A DNA stretch of 48,624 nucleotides, taken from positions 12,696-61,319 of the forward strand of contig BLSG01000228.1 in NCBI GenBank assembly GCA_012862495.1. Reading direction: 5' to 3'. This document shows positions 1 through 10,599 of the stretch, piece by piece. The notes beneath the pieces were generated by a model. The model was given only the letters and a program-made list of their open reading frames with translations, did no database searches and had not been told where the DNA came from. Source of the DNA: Thraustochytrium aureum. Its lineage: Eukaryota. The translations under genes were made by a program, and so were the position numbers. How positions within the stretch are numbered: the first letter of the stretch is position 1; each line of letters opens with the position of its first letter.

Positions 1-540
1 ACTCTCGCGCAACATGGCGCACTGCTGAGCGAGTTCGACATCGGCTTCGCCGCGAGCCTCGAACAACGCAAACTTGGCGCCCAGTAAGGAACGGTCGAGA
101 AGGTCCCGGAGATATCCGTAGACCTCGTCCATGAAAAGCGGCGGCGGCGGCATGTTCTCAGGCATGCTCCGAATACCCTTCGTATAGTACTGGTACACCG
201 CAAAGTGCCTTTCCAAGCTTTGCTGCATGCGCTTGGCGCGCTCTTCCTGCTTCGAGCGTGGCACCTCCGGCCCGTCCGACACGATCATCACCGTCGCGCC
301 GCTCTCGCCCAGATCCAGAACAAACCGTGCAGCCGCCCTGCCAATCAGACCGTATTCACCTCCAAGCTCCCTCCTGGCAGCGGCTCCCAGTTGGTTGAGC
401 ACGAAGAAGGCCAGCGCACTCCCGTCCACCAAGAGCACCTGGTGTTGCCCATCGGCCAGCCCGTGACTCAGCGTCCATTGCCGGCCGCTGTTCTGCAGCA
501 GGCCGCGCTTGGCCCAGCTCGTAAACCCCTTGACGCCCAT
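1..540 (-). CDS. Asteroid/ASTE1/FAM120-like XPG-type PIN-domain protein, 5' part (runs off the left edge)
   Basis: Manual translation from the ATG at 540 on the minus strand is open to base 1: MGVKGFTSW...VLLVDGSAL...ELGGEYG...VMIVSDGP...EARGEADVELA. This matches the MG(V/I)xG, hhVDG, GG(D/E)Y, hFDG and GEAD motifs of XPG-N/Asteroid PIN domains. It is not in the ORF track because no stop falls inside the window. Confidence 0.8.
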   Translation of the reverse strand, partial: MGVKGFTSWAKRGLLQNSGRQWTLSHGLADGQHQVLLVDGSALAFFVLNQLGAAARRELGGEYGLIGRAAARFVLDLGESGATVMIVSDGPEVPRSKQEERAKRMQQSLERHFAVYQYYTKGIRSMPENMPPPPLFMDEVYGYLRDLLDRSLLGAKFALFEARGEADVELAQQCAMLRES

Positions 541-571
541 CGCGCGATCTGCCGCACCGCACCCGCCCGCG

Positions 572-615
572 CTCCTCCTCCTCGTCCTCGTCCTCCTCCT
601 CCTCCTCGTCCTCCT
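572..615 (+). repeat. imperfect (CCT)n microsatellite just upstream of the PIN gene
   Basis: ctcctcctcctcgtcctcgtcctcctcctcctcctcgtcctcct. Confidence 0.9.
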
Positions 616-1047
616 TCGCCCCCGTTGAGGTTCTGCCACGCGACCACAACCCCGCTTCGCCTCACGCGAGCGGCGCCGCCGTGCGCCTCCACTAGCTCCC
701 ATTTTTACCAACTAAATGACATTGAAGCTTAGCGCCGGAAACGAGGCCGCTGGGCTGATTATGCCGATGGCAAAAAGAACCCCGCGATCCGAGGCAAACG
801 GTGGGCGGCCGAAATGGTTTCACCACTGGAGCTGAAAATGGTGAATAAAGCGCCACGGATAGAGAAAGCGAGCAGGACGCGAGGCGGACGCAAGGTACAG
901 CGCCACAAAGTGCGGCGAAGCATACAGCATGCAGAGGCTGCACAGTGCATCGTTCTTTTATTCTATTTCTCTCCTGATCTCTTTGTTCGTCGTCGGAGCC
1001 GTTGCGATGCGCACTCTGACTGCATGCAGACACGCAACTCAGCCCGC

Positions 1048-1053
1048 TGATAG

Positions 1054-1088
<35 letters not shown>

Positions 1089-1124
1089 GATAGGCCAGCC
1101 AGCCAGCCTGCCGATAGGCCAGAC
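1048..1124 (+). repeat. compound microsatellite, GATAGG-(CCAG)n units x3
   Basis: GATAGGCCAG occurs three times, each followed by a different number of CCAG units; lies next to an assembly gap. Confidence 0.9.
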
Positions 1125-1745
1125 AAGGACGTACGCACGTGCTGGCATCGNNNNNNNNNNNNNNNNNNNNNNNNNNNNNNNNNNNNNNNNNNNNNNNNNN
1201 NNNNNNNNNNNNNNNNNNNNNNNNNNNNNNNNNNNNNNNNNNNNNNNNNNNNNNNNNNNNNNNNNNNNNNNNNNNNNNNNNNNNNNNNNNNNNNNNNNNN
1301 NNNNNNNNNNNNNNNNNNNNNNNNNNNNNNNNNNNNNNNNNNNNNNNNNNNNNNNNNNNNNNNNNNNNNNNNNNNNNNNNNNNNNNNNNNNNNNNNNNNN
1401 NNNNNNNNNNNNNNNNNNNNNNNNNNNNNNNNNNNNNNNNNNNNNNNNNNNNNNNNNNNNNNNNNNNNNNNNNNNNNNNNNNNNNNNNNNNNNNNNNNNN
1501 NNNNNNNNNNNNNNTAGCGACCACCGTATTCGCGCGCTTGCATTGCGCAACATCGTACACGCTGCGGCCATCATTGCGTTTGTATCGCACAACAGCGTGC
1601 ACGCTGCGACCACCGCGTTTGTATCGCACAACCCCGGACACGTAGCGCCGTACTGGCATGCCCTGATCCTGGCTCTCTTTGTCGCGCTCAGAGCTTGCGG
1701 TCGCAGAGTTGACGCTTCCGAAGATTGCGGGTTGCAGTGGACTCG

Positions 1746-4700
1746 ATGTCGTTCACGGTGACTGTGCGCAAGGCCGTCGTGAAGCTGCTCAGCCAACAGG
1801 ACGCGGCTTTGGCGCAAGTGGAAGCAACAACGGCAGGCGAAAGCAGTACTGCAGCCGCAGGGAAGAAGGGAAAGGCCGACGCGAAGAAAGGCGCCAAGAA
1901 GGAGGTCGTGGAGGCGCCAAGCAAGCTTGAGCCCACCGGGGACGCGGTGGAGTGCTTTCTCAAGTGCTCGTGGCGGTCGTCCCCGGAAGGCTTTTTGCAG
2001 ACACTATGGCGAGGGACGTCTGTGCGCTGGCGCAACAAGCACCAACGGGTTCAAGCGAAAGCCGATGTGGAAAGTGAGTTCGAGTCAAAGGCTAGCGAGG
2101 CCAAGTCCGACTGCGGCGACGAGCCTCAGGCCACGGGCTGCGATACACCCGACAGAGAGACGTTTGAATCGCAGAGGGTTTGGTTTCAAGAGACCGCGAC
2201 GCTTCGCGAGCTCACAGACGACTCACTTTCCGAGCTCGCCAACTGCGGCCCGCTTCGTTTCGAGGTCTTCGCTGGGTCCAAGCCTGCCGACGGCGAGGCG
2301 ACCTTGCTCGGCTCGGGCGAGCTCTCTCTTGCAGCGCTATTGCGCGGCGAACAAATTGTTTGCGTTCTTCCTGCTGCTGTCGAGGCGGGCCGAGGCGTTG
2401 ACTCGATCGAGCTTCATGTCGCGATTCTGCCCGACGAAGCCCTTGTCGACTTTGTGGTTGGCGGTCACGTGCTTCAAGTCACGGCCTGCACAATCCCGGT
2501 GGTGCCAACGTGCTTCTACAAGCGGTTTCTAGACCAAATGCCGCCCGCGGAGCCAGCAGAGGCGACGCCAGCCACTGAATCCAAGGAGGAGGCAGAACAC
2601 AAAGACGACACTGCTGAACTGCCGCTCGCACTAAACCAGCTCGATGCGCTTGCTTCGGCCGCCAAGGAAAGCCCCGCAAAGATCTGCGTCGATATCTCGT
2701 TTCGTTTGCCGTGCAGGATTGGTTTGGCCGCCGTTGAGCAGGAAGGTCCGCAAGACGGCGACGAAATCGCTCAAGCCGAGCCAGCGCCAGGTGGTGCGTC
2801 GTCGGCGCTCGAAGCCGGGACCGTTCAAGCTGTGCCCGACGGTGGCCAAGCCGAGCCAGCGCCTGGTGGTGCGTCGTCGGCGCTCGAAGCCGGGACCGTT
2901 CAGGCAGTGCCCGACAGTGGCCAAGCCAGCGCTGACGCTGCTCTGCCAAGCGGAGACAACGGCGGGTCATCGCACAGTGACCTTTTCTGTGCCAGGATTT
3001 TGCGTTGCTTTCGATAAAGAGTCTGCCGCCTGGCGTGCGGAGCGCGATGAAACGTTTCCTACTACCGTCCGCTTCGTGGCGCGCGCAACGGCAGAGCTCA
3101 TGCGTCAATCGCACGACTGGACGGTCGCAAGGGCGGTTCTTCGCGAGCAGAGAGATGCCGGTCCAGATGGCTCTGAGGACTCGGTCGACGGAGCCGAGCC
3201 GCCGATTTGCGTCGAGGTCGCGCTCCACGCCAAGGACCTCGTCGAGACTGGATACGCCGAGTGCAAGGGCATCAAGTCCGCCTGCCGTGCAGTGGCTGCA
3301 AGCCTCAGTCTTGGGAGCCCGCTTGTTCACCAAGTCGAAGCGGTTCGCGCCCAAGACGTCGAGTTGCCCACGATCAGCAAGCTTCGGCACAGCGAACAAT
3401 CCGGCAGATCGCGAGTGCTCCGAACCAGTGAGGCCCGCTCGCAGCTCGAAACCGACGTGGCCAAGCTCCGCGAGGCCGGTTCTGGCAGCCTGCAGATGTC
3501 GAAGCACTGCGGCTCGTCATACTGAGAGCGTTTGCTGAGGACCCGTCGCTCGCGACACGGCTCCAGGACCCGCGTGCGGTGTTTGAGGTCTGCTCAGCTC
3601 TCTTTGCCGAGCTTTGCCAGCCCCACGACGCCTCGCGGGGCGACCTGGCAACCCGCGTAGAGCGCTTGCGCGACCTGGCGCACGAGGCCGAGCTGTCGGG
3701 CGATTTCGTCCGCTGCGACGAGACGTGGCGCGAGTGCCTCCGGTACGACTCCCGAGAGAGTCGCGTTGAGTATGCTCTGTTCTGTATGCGTCGTGGCAGG
3801 CTGGACCGCTCCCTGCAGCTTCTCGGGCATCCTTCTGGCCAAGATACAAGCACCGCCACTTCCGTTGGCCTGGACATCGCCAGCTGGGTGGCGGACAAGC
3901 CCGGGCTTGACCAAGCCCTCCTCGAACAAGCCGTTCGGCAGGAAAGCGAAATTCTCGTGGCTGTATGCGTCTACGAGACAGGCAACGATGGAGCCCTTTC
4001 GTTTTCCATCCCCGCTGGCGGGTCTCTACAAGAGCAAGCTGGTGATGCGCAAGGGGTGCGGATTGCGACCAAACTTCGCACTTTCGCTCGCTTTGCGCTG
4101 GACCAGAGCCTGCCGCGCGTGGCCCGCGCCGCCCTCATCCTTGCAAACGCAGCGGATCCCGCGCCGCCTTTTGACACCGCGTTCGTGGTTTCCGAGCAGC
4201 TGCGCGCCAGGTTCAAGCTGGCTACTGCATGTGCCCGGGCAGCCGCTTGCATACTCGACTCGATTTCGAAAGACAGCGAAAACGCCTCAATGAGCAGCGT
4301 CCCCGCTCTAGTGCAAGCCGAGACCATGTTTTGGCTCGGCCGCGCTCGAGAGGCCAACGACCCGGAGTCGAGCGGTTCAGGAATGCAGGGTCCACGCTCC
4401 GCGTACTCGACGTGCCTGGCCCTCCTGAGCGACATTGACCCTGCGCACCTGAGCCGCCCAGAGCAGCAGGCCGTAGACATTCTTCAGCTCCGCGTCACCC
4501 TGCGTCTCGGCCGACTTGCGGAACAAGCACAAGATCCGCGCAAGGCGCGAATCGTATACCGAAACGCAACGGGTCTGAAGGCTGTCCAAGGCACTCTCGG
4601 ATNNNNNNNNNNNNNNNNNNNNNNNNNNNNNNNNNNNNNNNNNNNNNNNNNNNNNNNNNNNNNNNNNNNNNNNNNNNNNNNNNNNNNNNNNNNNNNNNNN

Positions 4701-5259
4701 NNNNNNNNNNNNNNNNNNNNNNNNNNNNNNNNNNNNNNNNNNNNNNNNNNNNNNNNNNNNNNNNNNNNNNNNNNNNNNNNNNNNNNNNNNNNNNNNNNNN
4801 NNNNNNNNNNNNNNNNNNNNNNNNNNNNNNNNNNNNNNNNNNNNNNNNNNNNNNNNNNNNNNNNNNNNNNNNNNNNNNNNNNNNNNNNNNNNNNNNNNNN
4901 NNNNNNNNNNNNNNNNNNNNNNNNNNNNNCGAAATCCCAGTTCGTGGGCCCACCTCGCGCGGCTGCAGGTTTTGCTCGGCAACTTTGTGGAGGCTGGCCA
5001 GGCGCTTGAGATCGCAGTGGATGCAGGCCTGCGGGACAAGGCCGCAGTTGCTGCACTTGTGCTCGCGCTAGAAGAGCGTGCGGGCGAGTCCAGCGGTCCG
5101 TTGGTCCCAGCGATGCTGGCGACGGCTCGCGCTCGACTAGACAAGCTTTCCCGGGCTGGATGCGATCCGCGATCGGTCGTTGGTTCCGAAGGCACCGTGG
5201 ATGGAGCAGCTGCGCAGCCTGAGCGGGAGGCCGGCGAACCGGCACTACTTTCCTGTTAG
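1746..5259 (+). CDS. CFAP70: CFAP70/TTC18-like cilia- and flagella-associated TPR protein (two frameshifts near 2948 and 3487; gap 4603-4929)
   Basis: ORFs 1725-3017, 2644-3525, 3579-(gap) and 4972-5259 join into one protein starting MSFTVTVRK. It has a KKGKADAKKGAKK segment. RLRDLAHEAELSGDF...EYALFCMRRG resembles the CFAP70 'A.EAE...F...(D/E)Y..FC' segment and is followed by TPR-like helices. Family call is from remembered motifs. Confidence 0.55.
2772..2927 (+). repeat. 75-bp in-frame tandem duplication (25 aa QAEPAPGGASSALEAGTVQAVPD(G/S)G x2)
   Basis: Units start at 2772 and 2847, with a partial third at 2922; only a few substitutions between copies. Confidence 0.95.
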
Positions 5260-5467
5260 ATAGACACTGTTGGACACAAGAGGAGCGCACAACCAAAACT
5301 GTTTTCATTCGATGCCGAACGGTCCCACCTCAGCGCGACGAGCCCACATCAACTCTATGATCCCGCCCTCAATGCAAAGATCCCAGAGCAAATCGGCGAC
5401 CTCCATATCAACTCGACGCCTTCCCTCTGGCGGTGTTGCACAGGTCGAGCACCAAGAAAGCCTCAGA

Positions 5468-7330
5468 TCAACGGAGAGCGCGACTCCTGTCGATGAAGCC
5501 GCCCACCAGCGGACGAGCTGTGGAGTTGTGCGTGCTCGGTGACCTTGGTCCGCACCGCGGTCGCCGCCCGACGCAAGACGCTCGCGCCGTGCGCAAGCCC
5601 TTCCCCAGTCGAAGCTGCAACCCTTGACGCTCTCCGCCGCAGGTTGTCCCCAGAGCGCTGCGATTGCTTTGGCGAGCGATGCTGGCCTCTTGGGACATGC
5701 GTTCGCGCCTCGGGGACATGTGTTCGCGCCTTGTGTCGAGCCCACCGCTGTGAAGGTCTGGCGCGTAGCGCGTCTTGGGCTGCATGGCGACCTCTATTTT
5801 CGACTCGGACACGTTCGCGTCAAAGGCAGGCTCGCCCATTCCTATCTGGTCGGCCTCTTCGCATGCGCCTAGCCATGTCTCGAGTGCGTGGAGCCAGGTC
5901 ACCTGGCGGACCATCGATGCGTCAGTGGAGTAGACAAACTCGACGAGCAGCTCTTGCATGAGACCGGCGTCTCGCAAGCCGTTGAGCTGCTCGTTGTGCC
6001 CCAATCGCAGCATAGAAGGGGAGCCGTAGAGGCGGAGCGCGCCAGTATCGCCAGAAAGGCTGACTCGCTCCACCGCAGTGACCATGTCGCAGGGGATTTC
6101 CCTCGGCCCTGCGCCGCGCTGGCCTACACCCGAGACGAACAGGGTTCTCGAGCCCGTCTCGAGGTGAGCAGCGACGCCGTTCTCGAACTCGACAGGATCG
6201 GCTAAAAGGCTACCTGCGCCGCGGTCCATGGTGCGAATCATCGAGTTTAGAATACCCCGCACCTGGTCATGCTCGCGGAGGCCGCGGAGCGCGGCAGCGA
6301 GGTCATTGCGGAGACTCGCATTCTCGTCCTCCAGTCGCTTGACGCGCTGCTGGACTGACTCGTTGCTGACCACCGAGGTAGAGATCGAGCGGCAGCGCTG
6401 GGCAAAGCGGCAGGAGGAGAGCGTCTCGCCGTAGTGCGACGCTGCAGGATTAAGGGTGATTAAGAAAACAGTCTGAAAGTTGCCGCGGAGGCTGTCCTGG
6501 AGCAGTGTGGTCATTGTCGAGTTGCGGAAGCCCACGTGGTGGTGATTCTGGCGCAAGTTCATCACAACTTGCTCCAGGTAGTGAAGCGAGAGGTTGATGT
6601 GCTTTGAGGTCGAGTCGTGCGTGCGCTCCGACCCAGCCAGGTCGACAAAGTTGAGACGCGCGACGTGGCATCGCGTCTGCACGTCCATGGTAAAGAGGCA
6701 GTGCGAGCGGGACGAAGACTGGTTGAGCGACGTTGTGCCCGTGGAGCGCTCCATGTTGCCGCGGAAGAATAAGTCGAGGGCGTCCTCCTCCGAGGCAGCT
6801 TCGTAAACTGCTAGGCCTTTGAGGTGGACGGCCGCAGCGAGACCCGGCGGGCCGCTCTCGCCCGAGCGTGTCGCACCGCGCGTTGAGTAGAGGCTCACTC
6901 TGCTGCGCTCGGCGAGCAAGTCGAAAATTTCCTCATTGAAAACCTCCACGTAAGAGATCGAGCAGCGCAAGACCTGTCCGCTCGCAAAGAGGTGCTCGAT
7001 CGCGCGCGGCACCATGCCTCTCGTGTCGTACGTGGGTCCGCCAGTCATCGAGTACGTTTTCCCACTGCCCGTCTGCCCGTACGCAAACACGGTGCCGTTC
7101 AGGCCGTTCAGGCCGCCTCGCAAGAGCGGCTTTACGGCCTGTTCGAACACGTGCTCCTGCGTGGCGGCTGGCCCGGCGGCTCCATCAAACGCAAACTGGT
7201 TGACAAACTTGTTCAGTGCGACCAGCACCGTTCCAGTTTCCTCGTCCGCGTTCACGCAAGGCACGTCGACTTGTCCGTGCGCGGGTCTGGAGGGTCGCCC
7301 GCAAACCCGTGCAAACGTCTTGACCCGCAT
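5468..7330 (-). CDS. KIF6: kinesin-9 family motor (KIF6/KIF9-like)
   Basis: MRVKTFARV start; P-loop YGQTGSGKTYSM; switch I SSRSH; switch II VDLAGSER; kinesin-9-type HINLSLHYLEQVV and RNSTMTTLLQDSLRGN; coiled coil after the motor domain. Confidence 0.85.
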   Translation of the reverse strand: MRVKTFARVCGRPSRPAHGQVDVPCVNADEETGTVLVALNKFVNQFAFDGAAGPAATQEHVFEQAVKPLLRGGLNGLNGTVFAYGQTGSGKTYSMTGGPTYDTRGMVPRAIEHLFASGQVLRCSISYVEVFNEEIFDLLAERSRVSLYSTRGATRSGESGPPGLAAAVHLKGLAVYEAASEEDALDLFFRGNMERSTGTTSLNQSSSRSHCLFTMDVQTRCHVARLNFVDLAGSERTHDSTSKHINLSLHYLEQVVMNLRQNHHHVGFRNSTMTTLLQDSLRGNFQTVFLITLNPAASHYGETLSSCRFAQRCRSISTSVVSNESVQQRVKRLEDENASLRNDLAAALRGLREHDQVRGILNSMIRTMDRGAGSLLADPVEFENGVAAHLETGSRTLFVSGVGQRGAGPREIPCDMVTAVERVSLSGDTGALRLYGSPSMLRLGHNEQLNGLRDAGLMQELLVEFVYSTDASMVRQVTWLHALETWLGACEEADQIGMGEPAFDANVSESKIEVAMQPKTRYAPDLHSGGLDTRREHMSPRRERMSQEASIARQSNRSALGTTCGGERQGLQLRLGKGLRTARASCVGRRPRCGPRSPSTHNSTARPLVGGFIDRSRALR

Positions 7331-8391
7331 GATTCTGCACTTTGTGATCGATCTGTCGAGTCGCGGGCCGCGTGCCAGGCCGGGCCAGGCCAGGCCAGAC
7401 CAAGACCAGACCGGGCGCCTCGCCGCCAAGTTCCTCGAGCTGTTTGTTTGACGACCTTGGTTGCCGCTTGCCTCCAGCCTCGCCGCGAACAGCGCGACGT
7501 CAAGAGCCGTTATGGGCGGAGCGCATCTATTCGGAAGAATGAGCTCCTAACGAAAGCAACNNNNNNNNNNNNNNNNNNNNNNNNNNNNNNNNNNNNNNNN
7601 NNNNNNNNNNNNNNNNNNNNNNNNNNNNNNNNNNNNNNNNNNNNNNNNNNNNNNNNNNNNNNNNNNNNNNNNNNNNNNNNNNNNNNNNNNNNNNNNNNNN
7701 NNNNNNNNNNNNNNNNNNNNNNNNNNNNNNNNNNNNNNNNNNNNNNNNNNNNNNNNNNNNNNNNNNNNNNNNNNNNNNNNNNNNNNNNNNNNNNNNNNNN
7801 NNNNNNNNNNNNNNNNNNNNNNNNNNNNNNNNNNNNNNNNNNNNNNNNNNNNNNNNNNNNNNNNNNNNNNNNNNNNNNNNNNNNNNNNNNNNNNNNNNNN
7901 NNNNNNNNNNNNNNNNNNNNNNNNNNNNNNNNNNNNNNNNNNNNNNNNNNNNNNNNNNNNNNNNNNNNNNNNNNNNNNNNNNNNNNNNNNNNNNNNNNNN
8001 NNNNNNNNNNNNNNNNNNNNNNNNNNNNNNNNNNNNNNNNNNNNNNNNNNNNNNNNNNNNNNNNNNNNNNNNNNNNNNNNNNNNNNNNNNNNNNNNNNNN
8101 NNNNNNNNNNNNNNNNNNNNNNNNNNNNNNNNNNNNNNNNNNNNNNNNNNNNNNNNNNNNNNNNNNNNNNNNNNNNNNNNNNNNNNNNNNNNNNNNNNNN
8201 NNNNNNNNNNNNNNNNNNNNNNNNNNNNNNNNNNNNNNNNNNNNNNNNNNNNNNNNNNNNNNNNNNNNNNNNNNNNNNNNNNNNNNNNNNNNNNNNNNNN
8301 NNNNNNNNNNNNNNNNNNNNNNNNNNNNNNNNNNNNNNNNNNNNNNNNNNNNNNNNNNNNNNNNNNNNNNNNNNNNNNNNNNNNNNNNNNN

Positions 8392-9801
8392 CTGTGGAGC
8401 TCGGGCAGGCTGCCGACCGGAGTGCACGAGGTTCGCGTGGTCACGAGGAGGCCCGAGAGGTTCAAGGAGCCCCTGACCGTTCGCGAGTCGTACCAGCCCG
8501 GCAAGGGGACCGTCCTCGGTGACTCGGTGTTTGCCCCCATCTCGTGGCGCGAGTACAAGTCCGGCAAGGTGGACGCGTTCGAGTATGCCGACCTGGACAA
8601 GGCTCTGCACAACGCGGCGTGCGTCTGGATTTGCGCCCCGGTGAACGCCTACAGCGAGATGCTCGAGAAGATCATGCCGGCCGTCGCGGCCGAGGCCGAA
8701 CGCAGCGGCCGCGGCGAGGCCAACCCGCTCCTCGTCTGCATCATGTACGCACAGGGCGGCGTCGACTGGTTGGCGATCTCCAAGGCGGGCGGCAAGCTTC
8801 CCAAGGGCGTGGGCCTCTGCCTGCTGAAAAACTTCCCGGCGCTGATCAGCAGGTCCTCCGAGCAGGTCGTGGAAAACTTTGGCTACCACCCGAACTGCGC
8901 CTGGTTCGCGGCCTACCCGAGCACCGCGGGCCCCGCCGCCAAGCGGGTCTGCAAAACGCTTTTCGCGCTCAGCTCGCACGACTGGGCCGTCCAAGAGCTC
9001 AAGACGCCGCTGCTCTGCACGCTGGGCGGCAGCAACCAGCTGCTGCATCCGACCATCATCGGCGGCCTGCTCGGCGAAGCCCCGGGCCGCAGCTTTGACG
9101 AGCAGCCCAAAGTGTACCGCAACCTGCCCTGGCGCAGCTTCCAGCTCATGGCTTCCATTTGGCAAGAGACGATGGCTCTGGCCGAGACGCTCGAGACCCT
9201 GTTCAAGATCCCCATCATGGACAAGGTCGGCTTCGCCGGCCCCGTGCGCAACATCATGCGCGTCTACGCCCACAAGTGGCCGCGGCCCATCGTGGCCATG
9301 ATGGTCTGGGTCGCCATCAACGGGACCTCGCGTCTGCGCGCGGCCAAGATGCCTGTCGTGCCCAACCCGCACCAGGGCGACGCGGTGGCCAAGTCGACTG
9401 ATTCGGACGGCCCGCTCGTGCTCAACGCGTCGCACCGCTTCATCGTGGACGACGTGCCCTTCGGACTCTGCGTTCTGTACGGCATCGCGGAGATTGTGGC
9501 GTGCCCCATGCCTGAGACCGGCAAGCTCATTGCTGACCTCCAGTTGTACCTTAAGAAGGAGTACGTCGTCGTCGAGGGTGCGCGCTTCGTACTCAAGGGC
9601 CGCGACGCCGCCGACACGGGCGCGCCGCAGGCGTACGGCGTATCCTCGCTTTCGCAGCTCCGCTTGCTCATCGTCGACGGACAGCTGCCGCTTCTCGCGT
9701 CGGCTGGCACGGCCGCGGGGAAGGGCGGGCCTGGCTCGCACTCGAGTGGCGCAAACGGCCAGGAGCCCGAGGACCTTGTGCAACACGTGGCGCGTTTGTG
9801 A
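8392..9801 (+). CDS. opine (octopine/tauropine/strombine-type) dehydrogenase; N-terminus lies in the gap
   Basis: Open frame from the gap edge. Motifs YAQGGVDW, SNQLLHPTI.GG, P.VY and HRFIVDDVPFGLCVLYGIAEIVACPMP match the NAD/NADP octopine/nopaline dehydrogenase C-terminal domain (canonical RYxxEDxPxGL..GIAE...V.TP). Confidence 0.8.
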   Translation: MWSSGRLPTGVHEVRVVTRRPERFKEPLTVRESYQPGKGTVLGDSVFAPISWREYKSGKVDAFEYADLDKALHNAACVWICAPVNAYSEMLEKIMPAVAAEAERSGRGEANPLLVCIMYAQGGVDWLAISKAGGKLPKGVGLCLLKNFPALISRSSEQVVENFGYHPNCAWFAAYPSTAGPAAKRVCKTLFALSSHDWAVQELKTPLLCTLGGSNQLLHPTIIGGLLGEAPGRSFDEQPKVYRNLPWRSFQLMASIWQETMALAETLETLFKIPIMDKVGFAGPVRNIMRVYAHKWPRPIVAMMVWVAINGTSRLRAAKMPVVPNPHQGDAVAKSTDSDGPLVLNASHRFIVDDVPFGLCVLYGIAEIVACPMPETGKLIADLQLYLKKEYVVVEGARFVLKGRDAADTGAPQAYGVSSLSQLRLLIVDGQLPLLASAGTAAGKGGPGSHSSGANGQEPEDLVQHVARL

Positions 9802-10599
9802 GCCCGGTCGGTGTTGGGGGCCGTGCGCTGTTTTGAAACCGTATTACTTCGTTCCTTCCGTCCTGCGATTGAAGATATTGGCGTCCTTTCAGAGGGGTGG
9901 AACTGCCCACCGCTGCCGTCGCGAGTTGCACGGTTGCCGGAAGCGCGGCTCGCCGCGCAAGCCTCGACGACACCAGCTCAAGAGCCTAGCTAGCTAGAGC
10001 TCGGGAGCTTTAGGGAGAAGAGCCCGCTCAAGCGCACGCCAAGTCGCTGCCCATACATACACAGAAAACTAAACTGCGGCCGCTTTACCACTCTCTGCGC
10101 TCTGGCTGGCGCAGGTCGCTCGCCGTGTCCCCGCGTGCGACATCGTCGAGCCTTTGCCGTCGCCGCGCAAGGCGGCCATCGCCAAACCAAGCCAGAGCAG
10201 CGTGACCATCGACGACCCAGCCGACCCTGGCAACCTCCAGCGAGCGCTCATGCTCGGCATCGCCTTCAGCCAAGTCGACCTCACGTCAGACACGTTCGCG
10301 TTCGCCTTGCAGCAGCAGCAAACCGACTACCCAGCAGCAGACCGCTTCCACAAAGGCAAGGCGCGCGATGACCAGCGACTTCAGGCCGATGTCGCCGCGC
10401 CAAAGACATGGCAACGATCGGCACCGAGCCGGCCAGCGGCTTACGCGGCCCACGGCCGAGGCAGGACGACCAACGTGAACTCGAAGTTGCAGTTGCCTGA
10501 TCGTCTTGAAACCTTGGTTGTTGGCATGGAGAAAGAAAAAAATCGGTGGAAAAACGCGCCCTGCAGAGCAGGACCACCCACATCTGCCAGAGCTTGCGG

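Noticed and set aside
1555..1635. imperfect duplication of about 40 bp (gcgtttgtatcgcacaac x2) upstream of the CFAP70-like gene
   Set aside because: Real but only two degenerate copies, with no evidence of function
7510..9786. long antisense ORF (758 aa) and similar ones (2479-3507, 25329-26762, 26925-28223, 36072-37616)
   Set aside because: Shadow ORFs opposite GC3-rich real genes, often inflated by N-gaps; no motifs
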